A DNA stretch of 64,000 nucleotides from assembly GCA_964447495.1 (NCBI GenBank), contig CAYUTF010000004.1, positions 24,592 to 88,591 of the forward strand. Direction: 5' to 3'. Below, one piece after another: positions 41,443 to 51,494 of the stretch. The stretch is from an uncultured archaeon (GTDB lineage Archaea; Asgardarchaeota; Lokiarchaeia; Sigyniarchaeales; SOKP01). The position numbers were made by a program, and so were the translations under genes. The notes beneath the pieces are model-generated. The model was not told the origin of the DNA, ran no database searches, and saw only the letters and a program-made list of their open reading frames with translations. Position 1 is the first letter of the stretch; every line of letters begins with the position of its first letter.

Positions 41443-42078
41443 TTATGGCATTAAATATTTCCTAACAACCTCGCCTCGAGGTTCTTTTTCTTCAAACAAA
41501 ATTGCCTGAAAAGAATAAATTTTAGTATTTTTTTCCTTCCATGCATCATCTGGGAGATAGGCTTTGTTACAAGTGTGTTTTAGAAATGTTTCCACATCCC
41601 AATTCCTTCCTTGATCAATAGGTACTTGAGGTAATAACAAACCGCGTCTCATGGTTCTCTCTGCAATTAAACCATCTCTACCAATAACAATTTTAGTTAG
41701 ATACTCTTCTGGACTATTGACCTCAAGTAATTTAGGTGGAGTAAGAATTGACAATTCTATTGTAATCTTATCCATCTCCTCAGGAGATACTGATTGAAAA
41801 CGTGGGTCTTCTACTGCTGAGCTGATTGAGACTCTATGAATGATGTCATATAATGGATATACGGGTTCTATATATCCAATACACCCTCTTAATGGATTTC
41901 CCTCCATATCTATCCGATTAAGTGTGACAAATGCGCCATATTTACCTGAATATCTCTTTTTAATTTCTTCAGGAATAGGAATGCTTCTATCATTCTTTAA
42001 ATAAAATTCTATATTCTCCCTTGCAAATTTTATAAGCAAAATACCATCTTCTAAGCTAAATTTCTCTTGTTCAGTCAT
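41443..42078 (-). CDS. AMMECR1-domain protein (AmmeMemoRadiSam protein A)
   Basis: GAFVTL...LRGCIG, EDPRF, GRDGL, GLLLPQV. Confidence 0.92.
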   Translation of the reverse strand: MTEQEKFSLEDGILLIKFARENIEFYLKNDRSIPIPEEIKKRYSGKYGAFVTLNRIDMEGNPLRGCIGYIEPVYPLYDIIHRVSISSAVEDPRFQSVSPEEMDKITIELSILTPPKLLEVNSPEEYLTKIVIGRDGLIAERTMRRGLLLPQVPIDQGRNWDVETFLKHTCNKAYLPDDAWKEKNTKIYSFQAILFEEKEPRGEVVRKYLMP

Positions 42079-42127
42079 TATTTAATTAGGATAGTTATTT
42101 TAATTTATTATTATTATCATTACATTT

Positions 42128-43540
42128 TTATATATTTATTTTAATAATTCTCCCATCTGGTAATGCCTTTTCAGTATTTATCTCGTTGCCTCTTAAAAAT
42201 ACTTTCCAAATTAAAACTTGAGTCTTTCTATCAGATAATTTGGAGTTCTCGAAAGGGGTGAATTTTGCTTTTGTTTTAAATTTTTCCGAATTTAATGAAT
42301 ATTTCGGTACTATTTCTATGATAATAACGTCTGCATCATTTCCTTCTTCAATAAAACCTTTACTCATCAAATTAAATCTTTTAGCAGGATTCTCAGATGA
42401 TACTTCTACAAATTTCTTCAAGGATAATTCTTTTTGAAACACTTTATTTAATAAGAGAGAAGAATATGTTTCAAAACCAGGAAAACCAGAAGGGGCTTCA
42501 AAGTTATTAAGTAATTTTTCGTTAACCGAATGTGGAGCATGATCTGTTCCTATAAAAGATATGTTTCCTTTTTCTAATTGTTTAAATAGAAATTCAGAAT
42601 GAGCTTTATCTCTTAAAGGAGGAAGTACTTTACCTATATTATCATTTTTTAAAATAATATCATTCGATAAGAGGAGATGGTGAGGTGTTACTTCAAAAGA
42701 AATGTTTGCTTTAGATTGTTCTTTATTCTCCTCTAGGAATTTTTGAATTAAATTAAAGCTTTCACTACAACTTATATGACAAAAATGAATGATTGGAGGT
42801 TTATCGGATGAAGATTTTAAGCCTTTTGTTAGAAGTGTATAATTTTCTAGAATGAAATTTACATATTTTGCTTCACTTGTTTCTGAATGTAATTTATTAT
42901 GGAGTTTAAGAAAAGAAAAATTAGAATATTCATTTTTTATAATTTCTTCTTCATCACTTGTTAATGGCCAATCGGGGTGAATGAAGATGGGTATTTGATA
43001 ACGTGAGGAAATGTGAAGAATTTTTTGAATATTATCAGAGTTGGTCCAGTCTATTCCATTTAATGATTTTAAAGGATATATTTTAAATCCAATAATACCA
43101 ATAGCTATTATCTTTTTAATTTCTTCTTCGTCAATGGAGTTTGGTACGCCTGAAATAAATCCAACATCGATAAATATATTATTTTTCGCTTTATGCTGCC
43201 ATTTATTTACTTGCTTGGCATTAATCGCTGGGGGTATTGTATTCGGCATATTAAATACAGTTGTAATTCCCGAATATGCCGCTGCTTTTGTTCCAGAGTA
43301 AAAAGTTTCTTTATCACATTGACCCATATCTCGTAAATGTGAATGAATATCTATTATTCCCGGTAAGATATATCTATCTTTGCAATCGATTTCAATTCCA
43401 TCTTGATTATTCTCTCTAAATTTCTTAAAATTATTATTAAATGATTTTTGAAAAATAGATGTAATAATACCATCTTGAATTAATATAGCTCCTTTATTTA
43501 ATCGGCCATTATAGTAAATATTAGCGTTCTTTAGAATCAT
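42128..43540 (-). CDS. pyrC: dihydroorotase / amidohydrolase family
   Basis: PGIIDIHSHLR, MPNTIP, CHIS, EVTPHHL, PPLR, GTDHAPH, SGFPGFE. Confidence 0.82.
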   Translation of the reverse strand: MILKNANIYYNGRLNKGAILIQDGIITSIFQKSFNNNFKKFRENNQDGIEIDCKDRYILPGIIDIHSHLRDMGQCDKETFYSGTKAAAYSGITTVFNMPNTIPPAINAKQVNKWQHKAKNNIFIDVGFISGVPNSIDEEEIKKIIAIGIIGFKIYPLKSLNGIDWTNSDNIQKILHISSRYQIPIFIHPDWPLTSDEEEIIKNEYSNFSFLKLHNKLHSETSEAKYVNFILENYTLLTKGLKSSSDKPPIIHFCHISCSESFNLIQKFLEENKEQSKANISFEVTPHHLLLSNDIILKNDNIGKVLPPLRDKAHSEFLFKQLEKGNISFIGTDHAPHSVNEKLLNNFEAPSGFPGFETYSSLLLNKVFQKELSLKKFVEVSSENPAKRFNLMSKGFIEEGNDADVIIIEIVPKYSLNSEKFKTKAKFTPFENSKLSDRKTQVLIWKVFLRGNEINTEKALPDGRIIKINI

Positions 43541-43542
43541 TA

Positions 43543-44202
43543 TTAGTGAATATTATTCATTATTTCTAGTCTATCTATTTGAAAATTAATATATAAAATT
43601 TTATTTTCTATTTCTTTAATAAATGGTAGTTTATAGCTTATTATATGATCCGAATCACTTAATTGTTGTAATATTTCATGATTTTGAATAGAATCATAAT
43701 TTAAAGGAAATAGAAGAAGAGAATTCCTAAATTTTAACAAGGCATTTCTTTTTATTTCTAAAAAATTGCTATTTAGATCATTACTATTATGAAATAATAT
43801 AATATGTTCTTTCTTCAATGAATGAATAAAATGTATTAAGTTATGAGTGTTTGAGAGTTTTTGTATAAAAATTCCAGGAGTTGATTTTTTCCAAGATCCC
43901 ACATTTTCAATTTGCATTTGAAATGAGAAAGATAAAGCTTTACTTAATAGTAAAGCTTGTGATCTTTCATCTGGACCTAAATATCTTAGTGTATTTCCTT
44001 CAAACTTTATTACATTATGAAATTTTTCAATATAAATATATAAGTTATTGTCTTTTCTTATAGAATATGAAAGACAAAAAGTTTCTCTTATACATGAACA
44101 AATTTTATAAATATCAAAGGGTATCTTCCCTTGATCAACATCTTTCTTGCAGAACTTTGATATTTCATTAGTAATTATTAGAAATTCTGGCAAAATTATC
44201 AA
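43543..44202 (-). CDS. TrmY-like SPOUT protein (tRNA pseudouridine-54 methyltransferase homologue, divergent C-terminus)
   Basis: FCLSYSIRKD, IKFEG..LRYLGPDERS...LLSKAL, STPGI; downstream of srp54 as in many archaea; TTG start at 44202 or 44193. Confidence 0.7.
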   Translation of the reverse strand: MIILPEFLIITNEISKFCKKDVDQGKIPFDIYKICSCIRETFCLSYSIRKDNNLYIYIEKFHNVIKFEGNTLRYLGPDERSQALLLSKALSFSFQMQIENVGSWKKSTPGIFIQKLSNTHNLIHFIHSLKKEHIILFHNSNDLNSNFLEIKRNALLKFRNSLLLFPLNYDSIQNHEILQQLSDSDHIISYKLPFIKEIENKILYINFQIDRLEIMNNIH

Positions 44203-44214
44203 AAAATTAATATT

Positions 44215-45594
44215 TTATGAGAATTTAAAATCTTTTCCCATTTTATTCATGAATTGGGTAACGCCCTTACCAGTTCCCGGCATTCCGGGCATACCTTTAC
44301 CTTTCTTTTGTAATTGTAAAAATCGCTTCATAAATTTTTTCATTTGATTGTACTGATCTAACATTCGATTAATTGTAGAATAATCTGAACCGCTACCAAT
44401 AGCAATTCTTCTCTTTCTTGTTTTTTTAATAATTTTTGGATTCTCCTTCTCCTCTTTTGTCATAGAGTTTAAAATAATTTCCCATTTGTCTAAATTTTTT
44501 TCAGCATCATCTTTTAATGCATCGGGAATGTTACCACCACCTACCATTGCAAGAATTTGTTTCATTTTCCCAACTTTTTTAATTGATTTGAGTTGATAGT
44601 AAAGATCATCCAAGGTAAATTTCCCTCTCATCATTCTTTTAGCCATTTCAGGATCCATATCTACTTCAGCTTCTTGAACTTTTTTAACTAATCCTTCGAT
44701 ATCAGGAATACCTAATAATGACCCTACAAAAGATGTGGGATTAAATTCATCAAATTCTTCAATTTTTTCACCTAATCCTATAAATCTAATCGATTGATTT
44801 GTAGCTGCACATGCTGAAAGGGCTCCACCCCCCTTAGCAGTTCCATCCAATTTTGTTACAATAATACTCCCAATATTAGTTGTTTTTGCGAATTCTTCTG
44901 CCTGGGAATAAGCTAATTGACCTAAAGTGCCATCAATAACGAGAATTACTTCATTTGGTTTTAAAGCACTTTCAATTTTTTGCATCTCAATCATTAGATC
45001 TTTCTCTTCTTTATGTCTCCCTGCAGTATCAACTAAAATAATGTCAAAACCTTCATTTATTGCTTTTTTAGTTTCCTTTACAGCGATTTTAATGGCATTT
45101 TTTTCAAGTGGATTACCATAACATTTCACTCCAATTTGATCAGTAAGCTGTACTAATTGTTCATAAGCACCAGGTCTATATGTATCAGTTGTGACTGTGG
45201 CAACTTTATAACCTTTATTCTTATAAAATCGTGCAAGTTTTGCAATGGTGGTTGTTTTTCCCGACCCTTGAATACCAACTAACAATATCACATTACTCTT
45301 TCCTGCTTTAATTCTTATCGGAGCGGGTTTTCCACCAAGTGTTTTTATTAGTTCGTCATGAACAAGTTTGATAATAAAATCTTTCCTTTTAGCTTTAGTA
45401 AGTTTAGTATTCATAGCATCTTTTTTTATATTTTCAGTCATTTCGAATACTAATTCAACTTTTACGTCAGAACTCAGTAATGCTCGTTGAAGATCTTGAA
45501 TTAATGCATTAATAGCATCTTTATCTACTATAGGTAATCTCCTTACTTTTCTTATTGCTTGTTCCAAAGAACGTCCTAATTTTTCAAGAACCAT
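44215..45594 (-). CDS. srp54: signal recognition particle protein SRP54
   Basis: GIQGSGKTTT, DTAGRH, TKLDGTAKGGG, M domain FTLDD...SMT.EE...R.RIA.GSG. Confidence 0.96.
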   Translation of the reverse strand: MVLEKLGRSLEQAIRKVRRLPIVDKDAINALIQDLQRALLSSDVKVELVFEMTENIKKDAMNTKLTKAKRKDFIIKLVHDELIKTLGGKPAPIRIKAGKSNVILLVGIQGSGKTTTIAKLARFYKNKGYKVATVTTDTYRPGAYEQLVQLTDQIGVKCYGNPLEKNAIKIAVKETKKAINEGFDIILVDTAGRHKEEKDLMIEMQKIESALKPNEVILVIDGTLGQLAYSQAEEFAKTTNIGSIIVTKLDGTAKGGGALSACAATNQSIRFIGLGEKIEEFDEFNPTSFVGSLLGIPDIEGLVKKVQEAEVDMDPEMAKRMMRGKFTLDDLYYQLKSIKKVGKMKQILAMVGGGNIPDALKDDAEKNLDKWEIILNSMTKEEKENPKIIKKTRKRRIAIGSGSDYSTINRMLDQYNQMKKFMKRFLQLQKKGKGMPGMPGTGKGVTQFMNKMGKDFKFS

Positions 45595-45756
45595 GATAAA
45601 ATCGATAAAGTAATTTTATTCTCTAATATTTAATATTGATAAAAACTAATATTTTTTTTTAAATAAACATAATAATATATAAAAAAGATAAGTGAAAATT
45701 AAAAATATTGGAAAAAGAATAGATATAATAATAGAATAGAAAAAGTGATATTTTAT

Positions 45757-46185
45757 ATGAGTATTAGAAGAACTGAAATCCAGAAATTAAAAAGTGGTCA
45801 GTATATTATGGTAGATGAGGAACCATGCATAATTAAATCGACTGAAAGAAGTAAATCGGGAAAGCATGGTCATGCGAAAGTGCGAGTTGTATGTGTTGGT
45901 GTGTTTGATAATAATAAAAAATCACTCACCATACCTTCGGGACATATGGTAGAAGTTCCGGAAATTATCAAGGGAACAGCTCAGATTAATTTCATTGATG
46001 ATACGGTAATAAACGTTATGGACCTTGAGTCTTATCATTCAATGGATGTTATTTGGCCTGTTGATGAGGATTTGGTATTAAAATTAAACGATTTAAGAGC
46101 AAATCCTGCAAAGATGTCATCAGCACAAGTTGAATATTGGCAATTAGCGGGAAAAACATTAATTAATAGAGTTATCACTAATTAA
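45757..46185 (+). CDS. eif5a: translation factor aIF5A/eIF5A
   Basis: Hypusine loop SKSGKHGHAK; ATG at 45757. Confidence 0.95.
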   Translation: MSIRRTEIQKLKSGQYIMVDEEPCIIKSTERSKSGKHGHAKVRVVCVGVFDNNKKSLTIPSGHMVEVPEIIKGTAQINFIDDTVINVMDLESYHSMDVIWPVDEDLVLKLNDLRANPAKMSSAQVEYWQLAGKTLINRVITN

Positions 46186-46286
46186 AATTCAAACATTTCA
46201 TTATACTTATGTGTAAATAAATTTTCTTTAATTTTTTATGTAATATAAATCATTATAATCAAATTTTACTAAAAATTTGGAAGCAA

Positions 46287-47213
46287 ATGGAAAAAAAAGC
46301 GATTTCATTAGCTTGTCGGATGGATTCAGAAAGGGCTATTAAATTAACTAAGAAAATTTTTGAATTCTTAGTTAAAAAAGGAGAGATCGTTCATTTAGAA
46401 ACAAGAATTTCTCCTAAAATATTTCCTCACTATGGAAAAGATCTAAATGAGATGACTTCTAAAAATACTAAATTTATTATTTCTATTGGTGGAGATGGAA
46501 CGATATTAAGAGTAGCAAATAGCTTATCTCAAGATGATCCTCCACCAATTTTAGGAGTAAATATTGGGTCTATAGGTTTCTTAGATGAATCAAATGAAAG
46601 AAATATATTTAGTGATTTAAACAGAGCTTTAAATGAAGAATTTATAATAGAGAAATGTTCTAAAATTACTCCCTATATTATCAAGAATGATGAGGAGTAT
46701 AAGTTAGACAATGCGTTAAATGAAATATTAGTGATTTCCTCAAAAAGCACTAAAGTTTTACTCATATCTGTGAAAATTGATGGAACTTTTTTGAATAGAA
46801 GTTATTTAGATGGGGTTATTGTTTCTACTTCAGTTGGTTCGACAGCCTATAACCTAAGTGCAGGAGGATCTATTGTCAAACCTTCTTTAGATATAATGCA
46901 ATTAACACCATTAAACAGTTTTGCAAGATCTGGGTTAAAACCTATTATTCTGCCCATCGATAGTGAAGTAGAGATACAAATATTAAGGCATCGTTTAGAT
47001 GCAGATATTGTAATAGATGGTCAGAAATCAATAAGAAATATCTCACCTAAAACAATTGTAAAAATTCGAAAAGCTAACTCTTATTCTAAATTTATTCGCT
47101 TTTCAAGGAATCTTAGTGATAATTATTTTAGACGCTTAAGAAAAAAAATTATAGGCACCATAAGAGTTCCCTTAGATGACAGTCCGGAAGAAGAGAGCAA
47201 TTCTCATTTTTGA
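46287..47213 (+). CDS. nadK: NAD kinase
   Basis: GGDGT, G..GFL, ALNE, DG...ST..GSTAYNLSAGG. Confidence 0.93.
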   Translation: MEKKAISLACRMDSERAIKLTKKIFEFLVKKGEIVHLETRISPKIFPHYGKDLNEMTSKNTKFIISIGGDGTILRVANSLSQDDPPPILGVNIGSIGFLDESNERNIFSDLNRALNEEFIIEKCSKITPYIIKNDEEYKLDNALNEILVISSKSTKVLLISVKIDGTFLNRSYLDGVIVSTSVGSTAYNLSAGGSIVKPSLDIMQLTPLNSFARSGLKPIILPIDSEVEIQILRHRLDADIVIDGQKSIRNISPKTIVKIRKANSYSKFIRFSRNLSDNYFRRLRKKIIGTIRVPLDDSPEEESNSHF

Positions 47214-47736
47214 TACTAATATTTTCCTAATAGGAATAGATATTAATATTTTCAAAGAAAAAATCTATACAACTCCAAGTGTCATTGATGAGATCAATGT
47301 AATAAAGTATTCTGATAAAAATAGAAACATTCTAAACAAAATTGAAGCTGCAATCGCAAATAATCATTTAATTATCAAAAATCCTAAAAAAGATTATATA
47401 AAGAGGGCATTAGAAAATTCGAAATCTACCGGAGATATAAATGCACTTTCTAAAGCAGATCTTGATTTGATTGCATTAGCACTAGAATTAACTGAAAGTA
47501 CAGATAAAGAAGTTCTATTATACTCTAATGATTATTCGATACAAAATCTGTCTTCTGAGATGAATATTAAGTTTGCTTCACTCTTTAAAAATGGAATAAA
47601 AGATAAAAGAATATTTGAATTTTTTTGCCCTATTTGTGGAGAACGTTATGCAGTTGGAAGTATCTACAAATTTTGCGAAGTTTGTGGTTCAAAATTAAAA
47701 AGAAGACCGATAAAAATGGATAAAAATAACGTGTAA
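47176..47736 (+). CDS. nob1: Nob1 PIN endonuclease with Zn ribbon
   Basis: FDTN, TGD...LSKADLDLIALA, NDYSIQN, CPIC...CEVCG. Confidence 0.9.
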   Translation: MTVRKKRAILIFDTNIFLIGIDINIFKEKIYTTPSVIDEINVIKYSDKNRNILNKIEAAIANNHLIIKNPKKDYIKRALENSKSTGDINALSKADLDLIALALELTESTDKEVLLYSNDYSIQNLSSEMNIKFASLFKNGIKDKRIFEFFCPICGERYAVGSIYKFCEVCGSKLKRRPIKMDKNNV

Positions 47737-47790
47737 AATATAAATGAATAATACTACACAATTATTGAATTACTAGATAAAAGGAAAAGA

Positions 47791-48846
47791 ATGGGCACTA
47801 AAATTAATGAATTAGTAAAGGATACAATAAAAACAATTTCATTTGAAAATCTACTTAATAAGGAAATTGCAATTGATGCTTTTAATACTATATATCAATT
47901 TTTAGCAATAATCAGGCAAAAAGATGGCACACCACTAAAAGATTACAATGGAAATGTTACATCCCATTTATCTGGATTATTTTATAGAACCATTAACTTT
48001 CTTGAGCACAATATTAAACCTATCTATGTTTTTGATGGGAAACCTTCTGAATTAAAGTTAGATACCATTAAAGAAAGAAGAAAAGTAAAACAAGAAGCAC
48101 AAAAAAAAATGGTTGAAGCTCAAGAAAAAGGAGACTTTGAAAAAGCAACTAGGTATGCTCAACTCACATCCTCATTGAACGAAAGTATGATTGAAGAGAG
48201 TAAAAAGTTAATAGATTATCTTGGCATCCCTGTTATTGACGCAAATTCGGAAGGTGAAGCTCAAGCAGCATATCTAGTAAATAACGGAGATGCTTGGGCA
48301 TGTGCTTCACAAGATTATGATTCCCTCCTATTTGGTGCTGAGAGGTTAATCCGTAATTTTGCGATAACAAGAACTAAAAAGTTTAAAGACACAACTACTC
48401 CTGTGGATATTGAATATATTTCTCTATCCAAATTTTTAGATACTTTAAATATTACTCGGGAACAATTAATCGAGATGGGTATTTTGATTGGTACAGATTT
48501 TTTTCCAGGAATAAAAGGTATTGGACAACACACAGCATTAGATTTAATTAAACAATATAAATCCTTAGAGAATATGATAAAAAATAATGTAACAATTAGA
48601 AAGAAAACTATAGATATAAGTTTAGATGTTGTTGATGAGATAAAGGAAATTTTCTTAACACCAAACGTTAATAAAGATTATTTAAAATTAAAATGGAAAA
48701 AAGTAAACTATGAAAAAATTGAAGAATTGTTGATAGAGCAGCATAATTTTTCACCCCAGAGAGTAAAAAATGCCTTAAAAGGATTAAAAAAGCAGGATCT
48801 TTCAAAAAAACAAGCTTCTATAGATGATTTCTTCAAGAAGAATTAG
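47791..48846 (+). CDS. fen1: flap endonuclease 1
   Basis: AIDAFN.IYQFL, TSHLSGLFYR, SEGEAQ, SQDYD, GTDF; PIP box QASIDDFF. Confidence 0.96.
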   Translation: MGTKINELVKDTIKTISFENLLNKEIAIDAFNTIYQFLAIIRQKDGTPLKDYNGNVTSHLSGLFYRTINFLEHNIKPIYVFDGKPSELKLDTIKERRKVKQEAQKKMVEAQEKGDFEKATRYAQLTSSLNESMIEESKKLIDYLGIPVIDANSEGEAQAAYLVNNGDAWACASQDYDSLLFGAERLIRNFAITRTKKFKDTTTPVDIEYISLSKFLDTLNITREQLIEMGILIGTDFFPGIKGIGQHTALDLIKQYKSLENMIKNNVTIRKKTIDISLDVVDEIKEIFLTPNVNKDYLKLKWKKVNYEKIEELLIEQHNFSPQRVKNALKGLKKQDLSKKQASIDDFFKKN

Positions 48847-48923
48847 GTAAAAATAAGAAAAGTTTTTACAAAAATAATAATTCTATTAATTAACTAAAGT
48901 TGAGTTAATAGTGAGGAATTAAG

Positions 48924-51170
48924 ATGGACCCTAAGGATGATACAAATAGTGATGATAAAGAAAAATTTGCTGAACAAGAATCTGAAAAAGTGACATTACG
49001 AGTTCAAAATGCGAAAAAAAGAGATATTGGAAGAAATATCATACGAATTGATCGTCAAACTATGGAACAACTCAAAATTCAGACTGGTGATGTTATTGCT
49101 TTATTTGGAAAAAAATTAAGTGCAGGTATTGCGTGGCCAAGTTATCCGCAAGATAACGAATTAGGTATTATTCGAATTGATCCAAGAATAAGGAAAAATA
49201 CGGGAACAGCTATAGATGATATGATAGAAATTAGAAAAATTAAAACTCAATCTGCTCAAAGTATTGTTTTAGCACCATCGAGTGTGAAGATTAAAACCAA
49301 TCCGAAATTTGAAACCTTTGTTAAACGCAAGTTAAATAATTATCCAGTTACTATTGATGATTACATTTATATTTCTATAGGAATTAGCAGGGAAATAACC
49401 TTTAAAGTTATTAGTATGAAACCCAATGGAATTTGCACTATTAAACAAGAGACTATTCTTCATATTAGCGAACATATTACTGAAGATGAAGAAGGAGGGT
49501 CAGAATATGTTACCTATGAAGATGTAGGTGGTTTAGATAGAGAAATTCAGAGAGTTAGAGAAATGGTTGAATTACCACTTAGGCATCCTTCATTATTTAA
49601 GCGTTTAGGAATTGATCCTCCAAAAGGAGTATTACTTAGAGGTCCTCCTGGATGTGGAAAGACATTATTAGCTCGTGCGGTAGCAAATGAAAGTGAGGCT
49701 CATTTTATATCAATAAATGGACCAGAAATCATGAGTAAATTCTATGGTGAATCTGAAAAAAAGCTAAGGAAATTATTCATTGAAGCAGAAGAAAAAAATC
49801 CCTCAATAATTTTTATTGATGAAATTGATGCTATTGCACCTAAGAGAGAAACTGTTACAGGAGAGGTTGAGAGAAGGGTTGTTGCTCAACTATTAGCATT
49901 AATGGACGGATTACACAGCAGGGGTAGGGTAATAGTAATTGGAGCTACTAATAGACCAAATAGTCTTGATTCTGCCTTAAGGCGGCCTGGTAGGTTTGAT
50001 CGTGAGATTGAAATTAAGGTACCAAATGAAAAAGGGCGCAAGGAAATTTTCCAGATACACACTCGAAATATGCCTTTAGATAAAAATATTGACTTAAAAC
50101 AATTCGCTAATATAACTCACGGTTTTGTCGGGGCAGATATTTCAGCAGTAGCTAGGGAAGCTGCGATGTCTGCATTAAGGCGATATCTACCAAAAATAGA
50201 TTTAGAATCAGATGTTATTGATCCCGAATTATTAGATACCATAATCGTTACTCTGGAGGATTTTGAAAGTGGATTAAAAGAAGTGTTACCTTCTGGAATC
50301 AGAGAAGTCTTTGTTGAAGTTCCTAATCAAACGTGGGATAGTATAGGAGGATTAGACGATCTAAAACAAATGTTAATTGAAGCAGTAGATTGGCCACTGT
50401 CAAATCCCAAAATTTTTGAGCGTATGGGAATAAATCCTCCAAAAGGGATATTATTATATGGTCCTCCCGGTTGTGGAAAAACATTATTAGCTAGGGCAGT
50501 AGCAAATGAAAGTAAAGCTAATTTTATATCCATAAAAGGTCCAGAACTTTTATCTAAGTATGTTGGAGAAAGTGAAAAAGCAATACGAGAAGTTTTTCGC
50601 AAAGCTAAAATGGCAGCACCGTGTATTATCTTTTTTGATGAGTTTGATTCTATAGCACCTAGTAGAGGTCGATACACGTCTGATTCAGGAGTATCAGAAA
50701 AGGTATTATCACAATTTTTGACAGAGTTAGATGGTTTAGAGATAAAAAAAGATATTTTAGTTATTGCTGCTACTAATCGTCCTGATATTTTAGATCCTGC
50801 TTTAATTAGACCTGGAAGGATTGATCGGATTCTATTGGTTCCTCCTCCTGATGATAAAAGTAAATTTGAAATCTTAAAGATATTTACTAAAAATATGCCT
50901 TTAAGCAATGATGTCAATATTGAAGAATTAAGCAAAGAGCTTAAGGGTTATTCAGGAGCAGATATTGAAACATTGTGTCGTGAAGCTGCTATGATCGCAC
51001 TGAGAGAAAACATACGAGCACGAAAAGTTACAAGTGACCATTTTAAAAAAGCTATGGAAACGATATATCCTTCAATTTCGCCCGAAATACTTAAGTGGTA
51101 TCAAGAATTTGGGGCGAATCTAAAAAGTAGAATTATTGAAAAATCAAAAGAAGATCGTTTATTTGTTTGA
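48924..51170 (+). CDS. cdc48: CDC48/VCP family AAA ATPase
   Basis: N domain plus two AAA modules (GPPGCGKT twice, [28 protein letters not shown]). Confidence 0.96.
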   Translation: MDPKDDTNSDDKEKFAEQESEKVTLRVQNAKKRDIGRNIIRIDRQTMEQLKIQTGDVIALFGKKLSAGIAWPSYPQDNELGIIRIDPRIRKNTGTAIDDMIEIRKIKTQSAQSIVLAPSSVKIKTNPKFETFVKRKLNNYPVTIDDYIYISIGISREITFKVISMKPNGICTIKQETILHISEHITEDEEGGSEYVTYEDVGGLDREIQRVREMVELPLRHPSLFKRLGIDPPKGVLLRGPPGCGKTLLARAVANESEAHFISINGPEIMSKFYGESEKKLRKLFIEAEEKNPSIIFIDEIDAIAPKRETVTGEVERRVVAQLLALMDGLHSRGRVIVIGATNRPNSLDSALRRPGRFDREIEIKVPNEKGRKEIFQIHTRNMPLDKNIDLKQFANITHGFVGADISAVAREAAMSALRRYLPKIDLESDVIDPELLDTIIVTLEDFESGLKEVLPSGIREVFVEVPNQTWDSIGGLDDLKQMLIEAVDWPLSNPKIFERMGINPPKGILLYGPPGCGKTLLARAVANESKANFISIKGPELLSKYVGESEKAIREVFRKAKMAAPCIIFFDEFDSIAPSRGRYTSDSGVSEKVLSQFLTELDGLEIKKDILVIAATNRPDILDPALIRPGRIDRILLVPPPDDKSKFEILKIFTKNMPLSNDVNIEELSKELKGYSGADIETLCREAAMIALRENIRARKVTSDHFKKAMETIYPSISPEILKWYQEFGANLKSRIIEKSKEDRLFV

Positions 51171-51218
51171 TTGGAAAAATTAATTAAAAAAGCATTATTT
51201 ATAGATGTTAGGTGAATT

Positions 51219-51494
51219 ATAATCGAATCACATCGCTGGAATCAAAAACCTGTTGTTAATTCAATCATTGATATTTTGATAAAAAATAAAGGAGAAATAT
51301 TAGATAAAAGAATGGAGGAACTCCTTAAAAAAGAATTTCCTTTTGTAAATTCATTATACTTGGAAGAAATTTTTATGAAATTAGAATGTATGAATATAAT
51401 AAATGTTTTTAGAGTATCTAAGAGCAAGAAAATGATTGTTTATAATAAACGCAATCAAAATATTAAAGAAGACATCCTAAACGAATCAATTTAA
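51219..51494 (+). CDS. small winged-helix-like protein downstream of cdc48 (start uncertain)
   Basis: ORF track starts at TTG 51276, but the frame is open from 51216 (ATT ATA ATC GAA...WNQKPVVNSIIDIL) right after GGTGA at 51211. Confidence 0.6.
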   Translation: MIESHRWNQKPVVNSIIDILIKNKGEILDKRMEELLKKEFPFVNSLYLEEIFMKLECMNIINVFRVSKSKKMIVYNKRNQNIKEDILNESI

